Numbered from the stretch's first letter, positions 33,717-42,650 are shown. The stretch is 64,000 bases of DNA from Myxococcota bacterium (GCA_041687695.1 JAWLBL010000009.1:107634-171633); one strand, 5' to 3'. A program made the numbers and translations. The notes: generated from the letters alone by a model not told the origin.

Positions 33717-34183
33717 GCTGATGCCTCCAGGCCGAGCGCCTCGACGAGATCGAGGATGCTGCCCGGCGTGAGCGTGCGGATGCGGACGACCACCCGAGGC
33801 CGACCCAACCGCTCCGCGTAGACCTTGACCGTGTCGCCGGCGACGACCTGAGCGTCGTCGCGCCACAGCGTCTGCAGGCCGTCGAGCACGGCCTTCCTGA
33901 TGTTGTCCGCGTCCGGGCGGACAGGCGCCCAGACCAGCCCGGTCGGATGCCGCTTGCCCTGGTCGAGCCGCTTGGGCCTTGGCATCACCGCCAGGATGTC
34001 GACTCGCACCGGCCCCTCGATGATGTCTCGCGGCGCCTTCTCCGACGCGACGAGAGCCACCGATGCCTCGAAGCTCCGCGTCTTCGTCGGCGTGACCATC
34101 CGCGGCCGGCCCGCGGGGCCCGGCACGGCGCGAGGCCGGCCCTTGGCCACGGGCGGGAGCGGGATGTTCAAGGTGATGTCCAT
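33713..34183 (-). CDS. rusA: RusA family Holliday junction resolvase
   Basis: KGRPR, PDADNIRKAVLDGL, DDAQVV. Confidence 0.9.
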   Translation of the reverse strand: MDITLNIPLPPVAKGRPRAVPGPAGRPRMVTPTKTRSFEASVALVASEKAPRDIIEGPVRVDILAVMPRPKRLDQGKRHPTGLVWAPVRPDADNIRKAVLDGLQTLWRDDAQVVAGDTVKVYAERLGRPRVVVRIRTLTPGSILDLVEALGLEASA

Positions 34184-34204
34184 CCGGGCCTCGAAGTGGA
34201 AAGG

Positions 34205-34258
34205 GCGACCACGGCGCGGGGTCATGGCGTGACGGAGGAACTCCCGCGCCGTGGTCGC
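34205..34258 (-). terminator. intra-operon hairpin / terminator
   Basis: Perfect 16-bp inverted repeat GCGACCACGGCGCGGG / CCCGCGCCGTGGTCGC, followed by CCTTT on the minus strand. Confidence 0.65.
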
Positions 34259-34265
34259 GAACTGG

Positions 34266-35132
34266 TCAGGCGGCGGCGGCCGTCGGCGCCTGGGCGAAGC
34301 TGTCCCGCAGCGACCCGCAGACGCGGCGCAGGACCTCGGCCGTGACCCGCACGTCGTACAGGGCCTCGTGGAGCGCGCCCTCGTCGACGTCGATGCCCAG
34401 GGCCCGCGCGAGCTCGCCGTTGCGCGTGGACGGGAACCGACCCGTCCCGCACGCGAGCTGCAGCGTGTAGGCGATCTGGCGCGTGTCGAGCAGCGTCCCA
34501 GCGACCCCCAGCTCCGGGACCGGCTTGTAGTCGCGGCCCTGCACGAAGCGTCCCGCGGCCGTCGCCATGTCGACCAGGATGGGCCAGTCGAACTCGAGGC
34601 CGTTGTGGGCGACGAAGCGCACCGGGGGCAGCACGTCCCGCACGCGGACGCCGGCGAAGTCCGACCAGCGCCAGGTGTAGTTCTCGGCGCGCATGGCCGA
34701 GCCAGCCGGCTCGCTGTCCCAGCACACGCGGGAGCCGACCTGCAGCAGGTCGCTCAGCGAGGCCGGGGCCATGCCGCAGAGCTTGCTCGACAGCTCGACG
34801 TAGAAGCGGCCCGACCACCGCCCCTCCGTCTTCACCCACCCGCGCTTGACCACCGTCGCATACTCGGGCGGCGCGCCGACCAGGTCGCACAGGGCGGCGA
34901 CGGCATCCTCACGCGAGACGGCCTCACGCTCCCAGACCTCGGCGTTGTAGCCGTTCATCGCGAGGGCCTCGGGATCGGCGCTCTCCGGGTGGGTCATGCG
35001 GATCTTGGTCTCGACGTGGCCCACCTCGCGCAGGTCGGTGTCGAGGAGGACCGCGGCGAGCTGGATGGGCTCGTGTCGGCCGGGGCAGTCGAGGCCAGAG
35101 GTCTCGAAGTCGAAGACGCAGGTCATGGTCAT
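34266..35132 (-). CDS. DEDDh (DnaQ-like) 3'-5' exonuclease
   Basis: ExoI DFETSG, ExoII VAHNGLEFD, ExoIII HEALYD. Confidence 0.88.
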   Translation of the reverse strand: MTMTCVFDFETSGLDCPGRHEPIQLAAVLLDTDLREVGHVETKIRMTHPESADPEALAMNGYNAEVWEREAVSREDAVAALCDLVGAPPEYATVVKRGWVKTEGRWSGRFYVELSSKLCGMAPASLSDLLQVGSRVCWDSEPAGSAMRAENYTWRWSDFAGVRVRDVLPPVRFVAHNGLEFDWPILVDMATAAGRFVQGRDYKPVPELGVAGTLLDTRQIAYTLQLACGTGRFPSTRNGELARALGIDVDEGALHEALYDVRVTAEVLRRVCGSLRDSFAQAPTAAAA

Positions 35133-35151
35133 GGCAGGTCTCTCCTGAGGG

Positions 35152-36030
35152 TCAGGCGGCCGCGGCCGCGTCGGTGGCCGGGGGCCCGGCCTTGAGGGTC
35201 TCGACGAGGCCGTCGACCTTGTCCTTGTCGACGTCGTCCGCCGTCTTGGCGTCCACGGTCGCGAGCAGCGCGGCGACCTGGTCGCGGGTCCAGCGCTTGC
35301 CGCGGATCTCCGTGACGATGGCCTCGCGCAGGCGCGCGGCCGGGGGCATGCCCTCGGCGACCGCAGCCTCGAGGGCCGCCCACTCCAGCGGCAGCGGGTC
35401 GGGCAGGACGCGCGTGCGCGACCCGGCCTCGTACCTGCGCGGGTTGGGGCGCGTGCGCAGGACGCGGTTGCCCTCGCGATCGGCCGTGGCGAAGAGGATC
35501 GTGTCGACCAGGCCTGCGACCACATCGCCCTGGCTGCCCTTGATGCTCGGCCGCAGCACGATGGCGCTCTTCCCGCCGTCGACCTCGACCTCCTTCTCGA
35601 GGCAGTGCGAGATGAAGATGACGCCCATCGGCAGCCCGCACAGGCGGTTCACCTGCAGCGTCCACTCCTTCTTCACCGCGCCGAAGCCCTTGCCGTACCC
35701 CATGTCCGAGGGGTCATCGATGCCCAGCCGAGCGCAGACGTGCGCCGTGCAGTACATCGCCGCGTTGTCGACCGTGTCGATGACCACCGTTTTGAACTGG
35801 TGCTTGCCGGCCTCGAGCTCGTTGATGGCGGCGACGAAGGTCCGCCAGTCCCGCACGGGGACGTTGAAGGTCTCGAGGTGGTTCAGGCCCGGCTCGCATG
35901 CGAGGAAGACCGCAGCGGGCGCCGAGGCGGCGAAGGTGCTCTTGCCGATCTTCGGCGGCCCGTAGAGCAGGATGCTCAGCTCGGACAGCGCGGTCTTCGG
36001 CGGGGTGGGCTTGGTCGGGAGGAGTCCCAT
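35152..36030 (-). CDS. AAA_24 / Sak4-like phage ATPase (recombinase)
   Basis: YGPPKIGKST Walker A, VVIDT Walker B, GYGKG, IFISH. Confidence 0.85.
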   Translation of the reverse strand: MGLLPTKPTPPKTALSELSILLYGPPKIGKSTFAASAPAAVFLACEPGLNHLETFNVPVRDWRTFVAAINELEAGKHQFKTVVIDTVDNAAMYCTAHVCARLGIDDPSDMGYGKGFGAVKKEWTLQVNRLCGLPMGVIFISHCLEKEVEVDGGKSAIVLRPSIKGSQGDVVAGLVDTILFATADREGNRVLRTRPNPRRYEAGSRTRVLPDPLPLEWAALEAAVAEGMPPAARLREAIVTEIRGKRWTRDQVAALLATVDAKTADDVDKDKVDGLVETLKAGPPATDAAAAA

Positions 36031-36041
36031 CGTGTCTCCGG

Positions 36042-37694
36042 TCAGGCGGCGACGCCGAGCTCGCGCTCGATGCGGCGCTTGGCGAACTTGAGGGTCATGA
36101 GGCAGGCGGCCTCGTATCGGCTCACAGCGGTCGGCAGCTTCATGCGCTCGAGGTGCGCGAGCTGCTTGGGGGTCGGCTCGGCCGCGAGCCACTCCCGGTT
36201 GCGGCCGGCGGCCTTGCGGTCGCCTCGCTGGCGCATCCAGTCGTCGCCGGCGGCGACGCAGACGTTCTCGGTTCCAGAAGCGAGATGCTCGACGACGCCC
36301 TCGTCCCCCCCGAAGGCGTGCCACACGCCCGACTTCGAGAAGGCGACCGCCCACACCTTGAAGGCCGTCGCGACGCGGCAGCGCTCATTGAACGACCACC
36401 AGCTGAACGGCGACTGCCCGATGAGGAGGTCGAGCTCGACCATCCGGAACTCTTCGAGCGTCTGGACCTCGCGCAGTTCCTGCGGCCAGGAGTACGAGCA
36501 CAGCGGGCAGGACTTGCAGCCGAGCGGCACCATCGCCTTGCAGCCCGGGCAGGCCTTCTTGGGCGCGAAGCGGGGCCCGCCCTCGCCCTCGCCCGGCGTC
36601 TTGCCGTCCAGGTCGACGAGCTGCTCGATCCCGCCGTGCGTCAGCAGCGAGCGGCCGAAGTCCATGACGACGCAGTCCGTCTTGACGAGGCCCGGGTAGC
36701 GCTTGGGGTCGATGGTGCGCAGGCCTCGACCGATCATCTGGACCATCGTGCTCTCGCAGCTCGACGGCCGCAGGAGCATCACGCAGGAGATCGGCGGGCT
36801 GTCGAAGCCCTCGGTGGCGACGGCGACGTTGGTGAGGACCTGCAGCTCGCCGCGGTCCAGGGCGCGGAAGGTGCGCTTGCGCTCCTCGCTGCCGGTCTCG
36901 CCGGTCACGCAGGCCGCGGCGACGCCGGCGGCGCGGAAGGCCTCCGCGACGTGCTCGGCGTGGCCGACCGTGCTGCAGAAGGCGATGGTCCTGCGGTCGC
37001 CCGCCTGCGCCCGCCACTGGCCCAGGATGGCATCGGTCACGGGGGCGACGTCCATGAGCGCTTCGACCGCGGCCATGTCGTACTCGCCGACGCGGGTCTT
37101 CGGGATCTTCGAGAGGCCGTCGCTGATCCCGACGTCGATGACCATCGCCCGCGGCGCGACCAGGTGGCCCGCCCGGATGAGCTCGGCGACCGTGATCTGG
37201 TCTGCGACGTTGCCGAAGACCTTCCGCAACCCCTTCTTGTCGGCCCGGTTCGGCGTCGCCGTGACACCGCAGACCTTCACGTCGGGGTTCAGCTCGCGGG
37301 CCCGCTCGATGATGCGCATCCAGCTGTCGGCCGCGGCGTGGTGCGCCTCGTCGCACAGGACCAGGTCGAAGGCCGGCATCTTCGACAGCGAGCCCTCGCG
37401 GCTGAGCGTCGGGACCATCGCGAACGTCGCCGTCTGCGACCAGCGCTTGTCGGACGCCGTCCAGACCGTCGAGCCCACGCCCGGGTTGACGGCCTGGAAG
37501 GTGCGCCGGTTCTGCTCGACGAGCTCGTCGCGGTGCTGCAGAACCAGCGCGCGACCGCCGTGCCGGCCGATGATGGCCGACATCATCACGGTCTTTCCGG
37601 CGCCCGTCGGCGCGATGCCGAGGGTGCTTCCGTGCTCCTCGAGCGCGGCGAGCACACGGCCGACGAAGACCTCCTGGCGAGGGCGGAGCAGCAT
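36042..37694 (-). CDS. SF2 DEAH-box helicase with C-terminal Zn finger
   Basis: PTGAGKT, DEAHH, TATP, TEGFD, QMIGRGLR, CPGC...CPLC. Confidence 0.92.
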   Translation of the reverse strand: MLLRPRQEVFVGRVLAALEEHGSTLGIAPTGAGKTVMMSAIIGRHGGRALVLQHRDELVEQNRRTFQAVNPGVGSTVWTASDKRWSQTATFAMVPTLSREGSLSKMPAFDLVLCDEAHHAAADSWMRIIERARELNPDVKVCGVTATPNRADKKGLRKVFGNVADQITVAELIRAGHLVAPRAMVIDVGISDGLSKIPKTRVGEYDMAAVEALMDVAPVTDAILGQWRAQAGDRRTIAFCSTVGHAEHVAEAFRAAGVAAACVTGETGSEERKRTFRALDRGELQVLTNVAVATEGFDSPPISCVMLLRPSSCESTMVQMIGRGLRTIDPKRYPGLVKTDCVVMDFGRSLLTHGGIEQLVDLDGKTPGEGEGGPRFAPKKACPGCKAMVPLGCKSCPLCSYSWPQELREVQTLEEFRMVELDLLIGQSPFSWWSFNERCRVATAFKVWAVAFSKSGVWHAFGGDEGVVEHLASGTENVCVAAGDDWMRQRGDRKAAGRNREWLAAEPTPKQLAHLERMKLPTAVSRYEAACLMTLKFAKRRIERELGVAA

Positions 37695-38083
37695 CAGCAG
37701 GCCTTCCCCGCACCTGCATCCGACACCGGCAGCCAGGCCAGGCGCCGCAGGACGCCCCGGCTGTCAGCCGCCCAAAGGTAGGGGACAAGCATGTGGCCCA
37801 CGTCGCCAGGGATGCGCTCGGCGAGTTCGAGCGCGAGGGTCTTCAGCTCGGCCTTCTCGGCCCAGGCGTCCTCCAGGTCGGACTGGGACGAATCCAACTC
37901 ATCTTGGACATCTTCGAGGCGCCTCTCGGCGCGCCGGACCTCCTCCTCGGTCTCCGCGAGCTCGCTCTCGAGGTCCTCGATGACCTTGCAGGCCCGCTTG
38001 AGGTACTCGCGCAGATCCTCGGGCTGCATAGCGTCGAGCTTCAAGAGCAGCAGCCGGCGGTGTTGCTGGTTGCCCAGGTTCAC
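37694..38083 (-). CDS. coiled-coil hypothetical phage protein
   Basis: GTG start overlapping the upstream stop; heptad-rich. Confidence 0.6.
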   Translation of the reverse strand: MNLGNQQHRRLLLLKLDAMQPEDLREYLKRACKVIEDLESELAETEEEVRRAERRLEDVQDELDSSQSDLEDAWAEKAELKTLALELAERIPGDVGHMLVPYLWAADSRGVLRRLAWLPVSDAGAGKAC

Positions 38084-38655
38084 GACGTCCTCCTGCCGTG
38101 CAGCAGCTCCCGGCCGCCGGCGGCGCGGTAGGCTTCGATGGCCTTCTTCTCGACCTCGGCGCGGTGGCACTTGAGGCAGAGGCCGTCGGGAAAGCGGTCG
38201 GTCCAAGGCTTCACGCGGGAGTCCTGAAGGCGCAGGCCGTGGTGCATCAAGCTCGCGTCCGCGGAATCCTTCGTCTTCTCCACGTCGCGGCTCCACGCAA
38301 CCCGAGGGCCTCCACTGCACGCCCACTGCGCAAAGAGCCCAGGCCTGACGTACTGGAACCAGTCTTTGCCGTTGCGGGCCTGCACGAGCTTCACGGCAGG
38401 CGGCGAGCCTTCCAGACCAAGGAAGTGGCGCACCCAACGCCCCTTGTCGTCGAGCGCCCAGGGCCCGACGTCGAAGCCATCGTCGTTGACCCTCAGGTGG
38501 TGGTAGATCCACCAGGCAAAGCGGGAGTCGTACCCGCCCTCGGCCTCGTAGCAATGGGCCAAGGCTCGAAGATGATGCCGGTCCTTGATGGCCGCGCAGG
38601 CCTCGACCGCAGCCTTGGGCGGCTCGCAGCAGCCGGTCCACTCGACGAGATGCAT
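38080..38655 (-). CDS. hypothetical phage protein
   Basis: TGATG overlap with the upstream gene; C-terminal CxxC. Confidence 0.55.
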   Translation of the reverse strand: MHLVEWTGCCEPPKAAVEACAAIKDRHHLRALAHCYEAEGGYDSRFAWWIYHHLRVNDDGFDVGPWALDDKGRWVRHFLGLEGSPPAVKLVQARNGKDWFQYVRPGLFAQWACSGGPRVAWSRDVEKTKDSADASLMHHGLRLQDSRVKPWTDRFPDGLCLKCHRAEVEKKAIEAYRAAGGRELLHGRRTS

Positions 38656-38951
38656 CACGACGCCACCTCGACCAGCTCGGCGGCGCCGGCGGGAAGAGCC
38701 ATGCGCGGGCCAGCCCAAGCGCCGGCGCGCCCGGCGGCGACTCGGGTCGGCCGGCCGGCGCGGAGAGCCGCCTCGCCCTCCAGGCGCGCCGCGTCGGCCT
38801 CGAGGTGCTCGCGCAAGGTGATGGCAGCGCCCATCAACTCGCCGACGCGGTCGCTCGGCGAGCGTCGCACCTTGGCGTTCACGTAGGCGCGGATCTGCTC
38901 GGACAGGTCACGCAGGGCGGCCGCACGGGCCGTGTAGTCGTCGCGCTCCAT
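38655..38951 (-). CDS. first gene of the leftward early operon, unknown function
   Basis: GGAGG RBS just downstream of the PL-like promoter. Confidence 0.6.
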   Translation of the reverse strand: MERDDYTARAAALRDLSEQIRAYVNAKVRRSPSDRVGELMGAAITLREHLEADAARLEGEAALRAGRPTRVAAGRAGAWAGPRMALPAGAAELVEVAS

Positions 38952-38979
38952 GATGCCTCCGTCGGTTGGGACGAAGGCG

Positions 38980-39031
38980 AGCATGCGTGACCATGAATCA
39001 CACGTCAAGGCCGAAAGTGATGCATGGTCAC
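38980..39031 (-). promoter_or_regulatory. PL-like promoter with two repressor operators (OL)
   Basis: Minus strand TTGACG-17-CATGCT; operators GTGACCATGAATCAC (38987-39001) and GTGATGCATGGTCAC (39017-39031). Confidence 0.75.
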
Positions 39032-39090
39032 AGGTGCCAGATCGCGGGTCGGGTGGGCTTCTGGTAGGCTCCGGGGTGGAGGTCAGCCCC

Positions 39091-39465
39091 ATGCGCATCT
39101 TGGTTCTCGACGATGAGAAGGTCCGCCACGACACGTTCGCCAGCCGCCTCGCCGGCCATGACGTGACGCACGTCTGGAGCGCGAAGGCGGCGGCGAAGGC
39201 GCTCGACCGTGAGCGGTTCGACCTCGTGTTCCTCGACCACGACCTCGGCGAGAGCGCCGGCAACGGTCAGCAGGTGGCCGACTACATCGCGCGCCGACTC
39301 GACCCCGAGAAGCGCTCCGGCCGGGTCATCGTCCATTCGTGGAACGTCGTGAGGGCGCCGCTGATGGTCGCCACGCTCTGCGGCGCTGGCATCCCCGCGC
39401 GACACGTCATCTTCCCAGGCGCGGCCGATGAGGTGTCGAGGCCTGCCTTCGAGGCGGCGGGCTGA
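39091..39465 (+). CDS. stand-alone receiver-like protein (cyclic-phosphate-processing receiver type)
   Basis: ILVLDD...LDHDLG...G..VA...IVHSWN signature; GGAGG RBS. Confidence 0.75.
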   Translation: MRILVLDDEKVRHDTFASRLAGHDVTHVWSAKAAAKALDRERFDLVFLDHDLGESAGNGQQVADYIARRLDPEKRSGRVIVHSWNVVRAPLMVATLCGAGIPARHVIFPGAADEVSRPAFEAAG

Positions 39466-39508
39466 CCTGGCCGTTCATCGCGCGGGGGCTGACACGCGAT
39501 CGAGGGCG

Positions 39509-40714
39509 TCACTCTGCCTCTGGCGACCCGCCCGAATCCTTCGGATCGCCCTGATCGTCCGGCGATAGGGGTTCAAGCCAGACTAGAGCGAACTTGCTCG
39601 AACGCACCTGCGTCGTCTCAACAATCTCAACGGTTTCCACCAAGGTGGCCATGAACCAGGACCCAAGGCTCGCGCCTTCAACGGTCGCAAAAGCGTCCTC
39701 GAGCATTCTTCCCGAGTAGCGCTTACCGTCATCAGCCTCGATCTCGTAGGACTTCAACCTGAGGTTGGCGGCAACCAGCCTGGCACGCACCTGATGCTCG
39801 ACCGGATCCTCCTGCACGAAAACCTCGACTGCCGCGAGGGCGATCTGGGCCTGGACGGGACTCATCTCGACAACATCAGCACCTGTGCGAGATGCCCATT
39901 CCAACTTGATGGGCTTTCGACTCGACACGACGGCTCGGAGGAAGTCGCGATAGCGGCTTGCCGCCCAAGGCCGGAGTTCCTCGAGTGCCCCCTTGATAGC
40001 ATCGGTGTCGCCGCCGCAGCGGATGAGGCTTCCGAGGGTCGTGACGGCCTGATGTAGAGGGCTGTCGCCAAACAAGTCGGCCGGTGCCCAAGCCATCAAC
40101 CTGATTCCCAGAGAGCCAGGGAACGTGGTGCTGAACATCAGCTGGGTCTCATCGGAGGCTGGCCGCGGGTGAGCCTTCTTAAGCCTGCGAGGCTTCCGAA
40201 GAACATCGACCGTCGATTGGAAGCGAGTAAGGACGCCCCCAACATCGGCAGCAGGCACCTCAGAACGCCCACCGTGCGCCGTCTCGAAGACCAACTCGAC
40301 GACTTCGCGATTCGACCGAACTGCGCGCTCCCAGATCGCTTCTCCTCGAGGTTCCAATTCGAGGCGCTCGCCCTCTTCTGCGAGCCACTCGTCTGGGATG
40401 GCGGATGCTTTGAGCGGCTCCACTGTCGCGAGTCCGGTCGTCGCCTCGAGCAGAACCTTGCAGACCACCCCATCTTCCGCGGAGACGTAAGCATCTCTCA
40501 GTGTGATGCGCCCTGAGCGAATCGCATTGAGCCGGTCGGTAGAGACTTGTACGTAGAGCCACGTCTCCCAGCCATCATCGTCTTCGTCCGCGGCGCTCGC
40601 GAGCCAGACCTGGCCGGACTTGCTCGTGCAGACGAACAGGCACGGGCGGTCGTAGTAGACGAAGACTTCGCCTAGCTCGAGTGAGCCGAGGACGGTATTC
40701 AGCGGAAGGCTCAC
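39509..40714 (-). CDS. DUF6575-like N-domain protein with C-terminal OB-like region
   Basis: N-terminal LGxLxxxEVFVYYDRPxLFxC...WLYVxVSxxRL; weaker GC3 bias than flanking genes. Confidence 0.65.
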   Translation of the reverse strand: MSLPLNTVLGSLELGEVFVYYDRPCLFVCTSKSGQVWLASAADEDDDGWETWLYVQVSTDRLNAIRSGRITLRDAYVSAEDGVVCKVLLEATTGLATVEPLKASAIPDEWLAEEGERLELEPRGEAIWERAVRSNREVVELVFETAHGGRSEVPAADVGGVLTRFQSTVDVLRKPRRLKKAHPRPASDETQLMFSTTFPGSLGIRLMAWAPADLFGDSPLHQAVTTLGSLIRCGGDTDAIKGALEELRPWAASRYRDFLRAVVSSRKPIKLEWASRTGADVVEMSPVQAQIALAAVEVFVQEDPVEHQVRARLVAANLRLKSYEIEADDGKRYSGRMLEDAFATVEGASLGSWFMATLVETVEIVETTQVRSSKFALVWLEPLSPDDQGDPKDSGGSPEAE

Positions 40715-41082
40715 GAGACCACCTGGAACATCTCCCAGACGTTGTTTTCATCAGGGAGCCACCATGTGTGATGCGAGTCATCGGACCTGGGGGTCGCGAG
40801 CATGCGACCCGGGGCGCCGTCGACCGTCGCCTGCGCCACGCGCTTCTTCCTTGTCAGGCCAGTCATGCGACGGAGGCGTTCCACGTCCTCCCTCGACCTG
40901 TAGACCGAGAGGCCGCAGGCCTCACACATGTCGGCGTACTCCATTTCGGGCTTGCGTTGCCGATGGCTCAAGAAGTCTTTCGCGCGTGGTGATGCCCTGT
41001 CGACCAATCGGTAGACCGTTCCGCTCGGCGCATTGGCCTGGCGTGGAGGACATCCCTTGGGGAAGAGCGGGGACCACGACAT
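40711..41082 (-). CDS. small protein, candidate ART-fold (Tse2/RES-like) toxin
   Basis: FPxxCPP...VYR...DF.S...CGLSV...SHHTWW; GAAAGGA RBS; GTGA overlap with the downstream gene. Confidence 0.6.
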   Translation of the reverse strand: MSWSPLFPKGCPPRQANAPSGTVYRLVDRASPRAKDFLSHRQRKPEMEYADMCEACGLSVYRSREDVERLRRMTGLTRKKRVAQATVDGAPGRMLATPRSDDSHHTWWLPDENNVWEMFQVVS

Positions 41083-41122
41083 GAACGTTCCTTTCGAGCT
41101 ACCAAGACGGATGACGTCCTCC

Positions 41123-41131
41123 ATTGTAACA
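41123..41131 (-). promoter_or_regulatory. extended -10 promoter for the two-gene cassette
   Basis: Minus strand TGTTACAAT about 40 nt upstream of ATG 41082. Confidence 0.6.
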
Positions 41132-41153
41132 GGGTGATGATCACGCGGGAACC

Positions 41154-41747
41154 TCACCTGGCCCTGTACGCCTTCACCGCCACCGCCGCCGCCTCCGTCG
41201 AGACGGCGTAGGTGTCCCGCACGGTCGCCGCGGTGAGCCTGCCCTCGGCCTCGAGTACGAAGAGGCCCTCTGGCGGGACGAGCAGGAACCGGGCGAACGT
41301 GTTGGCCTGCCACTCGCTTGAGGTCGCGTAGTCCCGCGGCGAGATGCGCTCCTCGATGGCGTGGGCCAGCTGGCCGTGCTCGAGCAGCTCGGCGCCGTGG
41401 AGGACGACGTGCGCCAACTCGTGGCAGGCCGAAAAGCGGGCGCGGCCCTCGTCGGCCTGAAGGCGTGACCAGGTGTCGGGGCCGAATAGGATGACAGCCG
41501 TGTCGCCGCGCATGTAGGTCGTCGCCCACACGTCCGAGGGCACGCACTGGCTCCCGCGCGCCCGGACGGGGAGGGGCCGGCCGCCGACGTCGACGGCGAT
41601 CTCGCGCGCGAGGACCTCGCGGGCCGGGAAGGCCTCCCAGGGTGCGATCCCTGGTGCCAAGTCGGCACGCACCCGGCTGGCCAGCTGCGCGAGCCCTGCC
41701 CGGCTCCAGGCCCGGGACGCCCGCACTCCGCTGATTGCTCCCGACAT
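41154..41747 (-). CDS. ImmA/IrrE family metallo-endopeptidase
   Basis: RARFSACHELAHVVLH (HEXXH), EWQANTFARFLLVP, YAVSTEAA. Confidence 0.92.
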   Translation of the reverse strand: MSGAISGVRASRAWSRAGLAQLASRVRADLAPGIAPWEAFPAREVLAREIAVDVGGRPLPVRARGSQCVPSDVWATTYMRGDTAVILFGPDTWSRLQADEGRARFSACHELAHVVLHGAELLEHGQLAHAIEERISPRDYATSSEWQANTFARFLLVPPEGLFVLEAEGRLTAATVRDTYAVSTEAAAVAVKAYRAR

Positions 41748-41842
41748 CGGCCGCTCCCCGTCGAACGTGAACAGGTGAGCAGTACCCCGGCGGTCGGTCG
41801 AGGATCAACGCTTCAAGTTGAGACGCGCAGAGACGCGCGAGA

Positions 41843-42559
41843 TCACCCGGGTTCCATCACGTCGGGTTCCGTCAGCTTGTCGATGCGGCGACGCAACTCG
41901 ACGGCCTTGGCGATCACCTCCCACTGCTCGTCTCCGATCTGCATGAACTCGCCGCCCTTCTTGAAAGGGGTGGCGTACGGTCCCCGGCGGTAGGGATGGA
42001 AGTGGGCCAGCCGCATCTCAAAGGTGGGTTCATGCCGGGCGACTACCACGAGCTGGTCGTCGAGCATGACCTCTAAGTCGTCGGGACGGAAGATGATGAT
42101 GTCCGCAGGCTTGAAGTCGGTTCCACTGGCAGCCTTCTCGTCGAGTTCCACCGCGAACCATCGCGATGTCGCATCAGGGTGAGTCAGGGCGGCGTGCTCG
42201 ACGACCTTCTTGGTCGGCTTCACCGGTCCACGATCCAAGCGGACAGGGAGCGCGGCGTTGAAGGCGCCCATCGTGTTCAGCCCCCCATCTTCAGCGACGT
42301 CGCGCTCGACAGGGACGACGATCGCAGGTTGGTCTGATGACGGTCGGGCCGCAACAGGTGCGCTTGAGCCGAGCTCCCACCATTCGACTCCCAGGTGAGG
42401 GGCTACGGCTTCGAGGAACCGCAAGGTGGCGTCCATCTTCCCCCGCTCGACCTTGTTGACGTAGCTCGGGGCGATGCCCGCGCGCCGCGCCAACTCGGCC
42501 TGGGACAACTTCAGCCCCTCCCGAAGATCTGCGATGCGTTGGCCGATCGAGTTCTCCAT
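41843..42559 (-). CDS. CI-like phage repressor (XRE HTH plus degenerate S24-like C-domain)
   Basis: IGQRIADLREGLKLSQAELARRAGIAPSYVNKVERG; divergent from the cro-like gene. Confidence 0.85.
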   Translation of the reverse strand: MENSIGQRIADLREGLKLSQAELARRAGIAPSYVNKVERGKMDATLRFLEAVAPHLGVEWWELGSSAPVAARPSSDQPAIVVPVERDVAEDGGLNTMGAFNAALPVRLDRGPVKPTKKVVEHAALTHPDATSRWFAVELDEKAASGTDFKPADIIIFRPDDLEVMLDDQLVVVARHEPTFEMRLAHFHPYRRGPYATPFKKGGEFMQIGDEQWEVIAKAVELRRRIDKLTEPDVMEPG

Positions 42560-42565
42560 GGGCGC

Positions 42566-42650
42566 AGGCTTCGCAGAAGCATCATCGCACGGCAACGATT
42601 GACTCATGCTCACGACAGTCTTGACACCGGCTGTGACCATTGCTCATTCT
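42566..42650. promoter_or_regulatory. OR region: PR and PRM-like promoters with two operators
   Basis: Plus strand TTGACA(42621)-18-CATTCT; minus strand TTGCCG-18-AAGCCT; operators TTGACTCATGCTCAC (42599-42613) and GTGACCATTGCTCAT (42633-42647). Confidence 0.72.
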
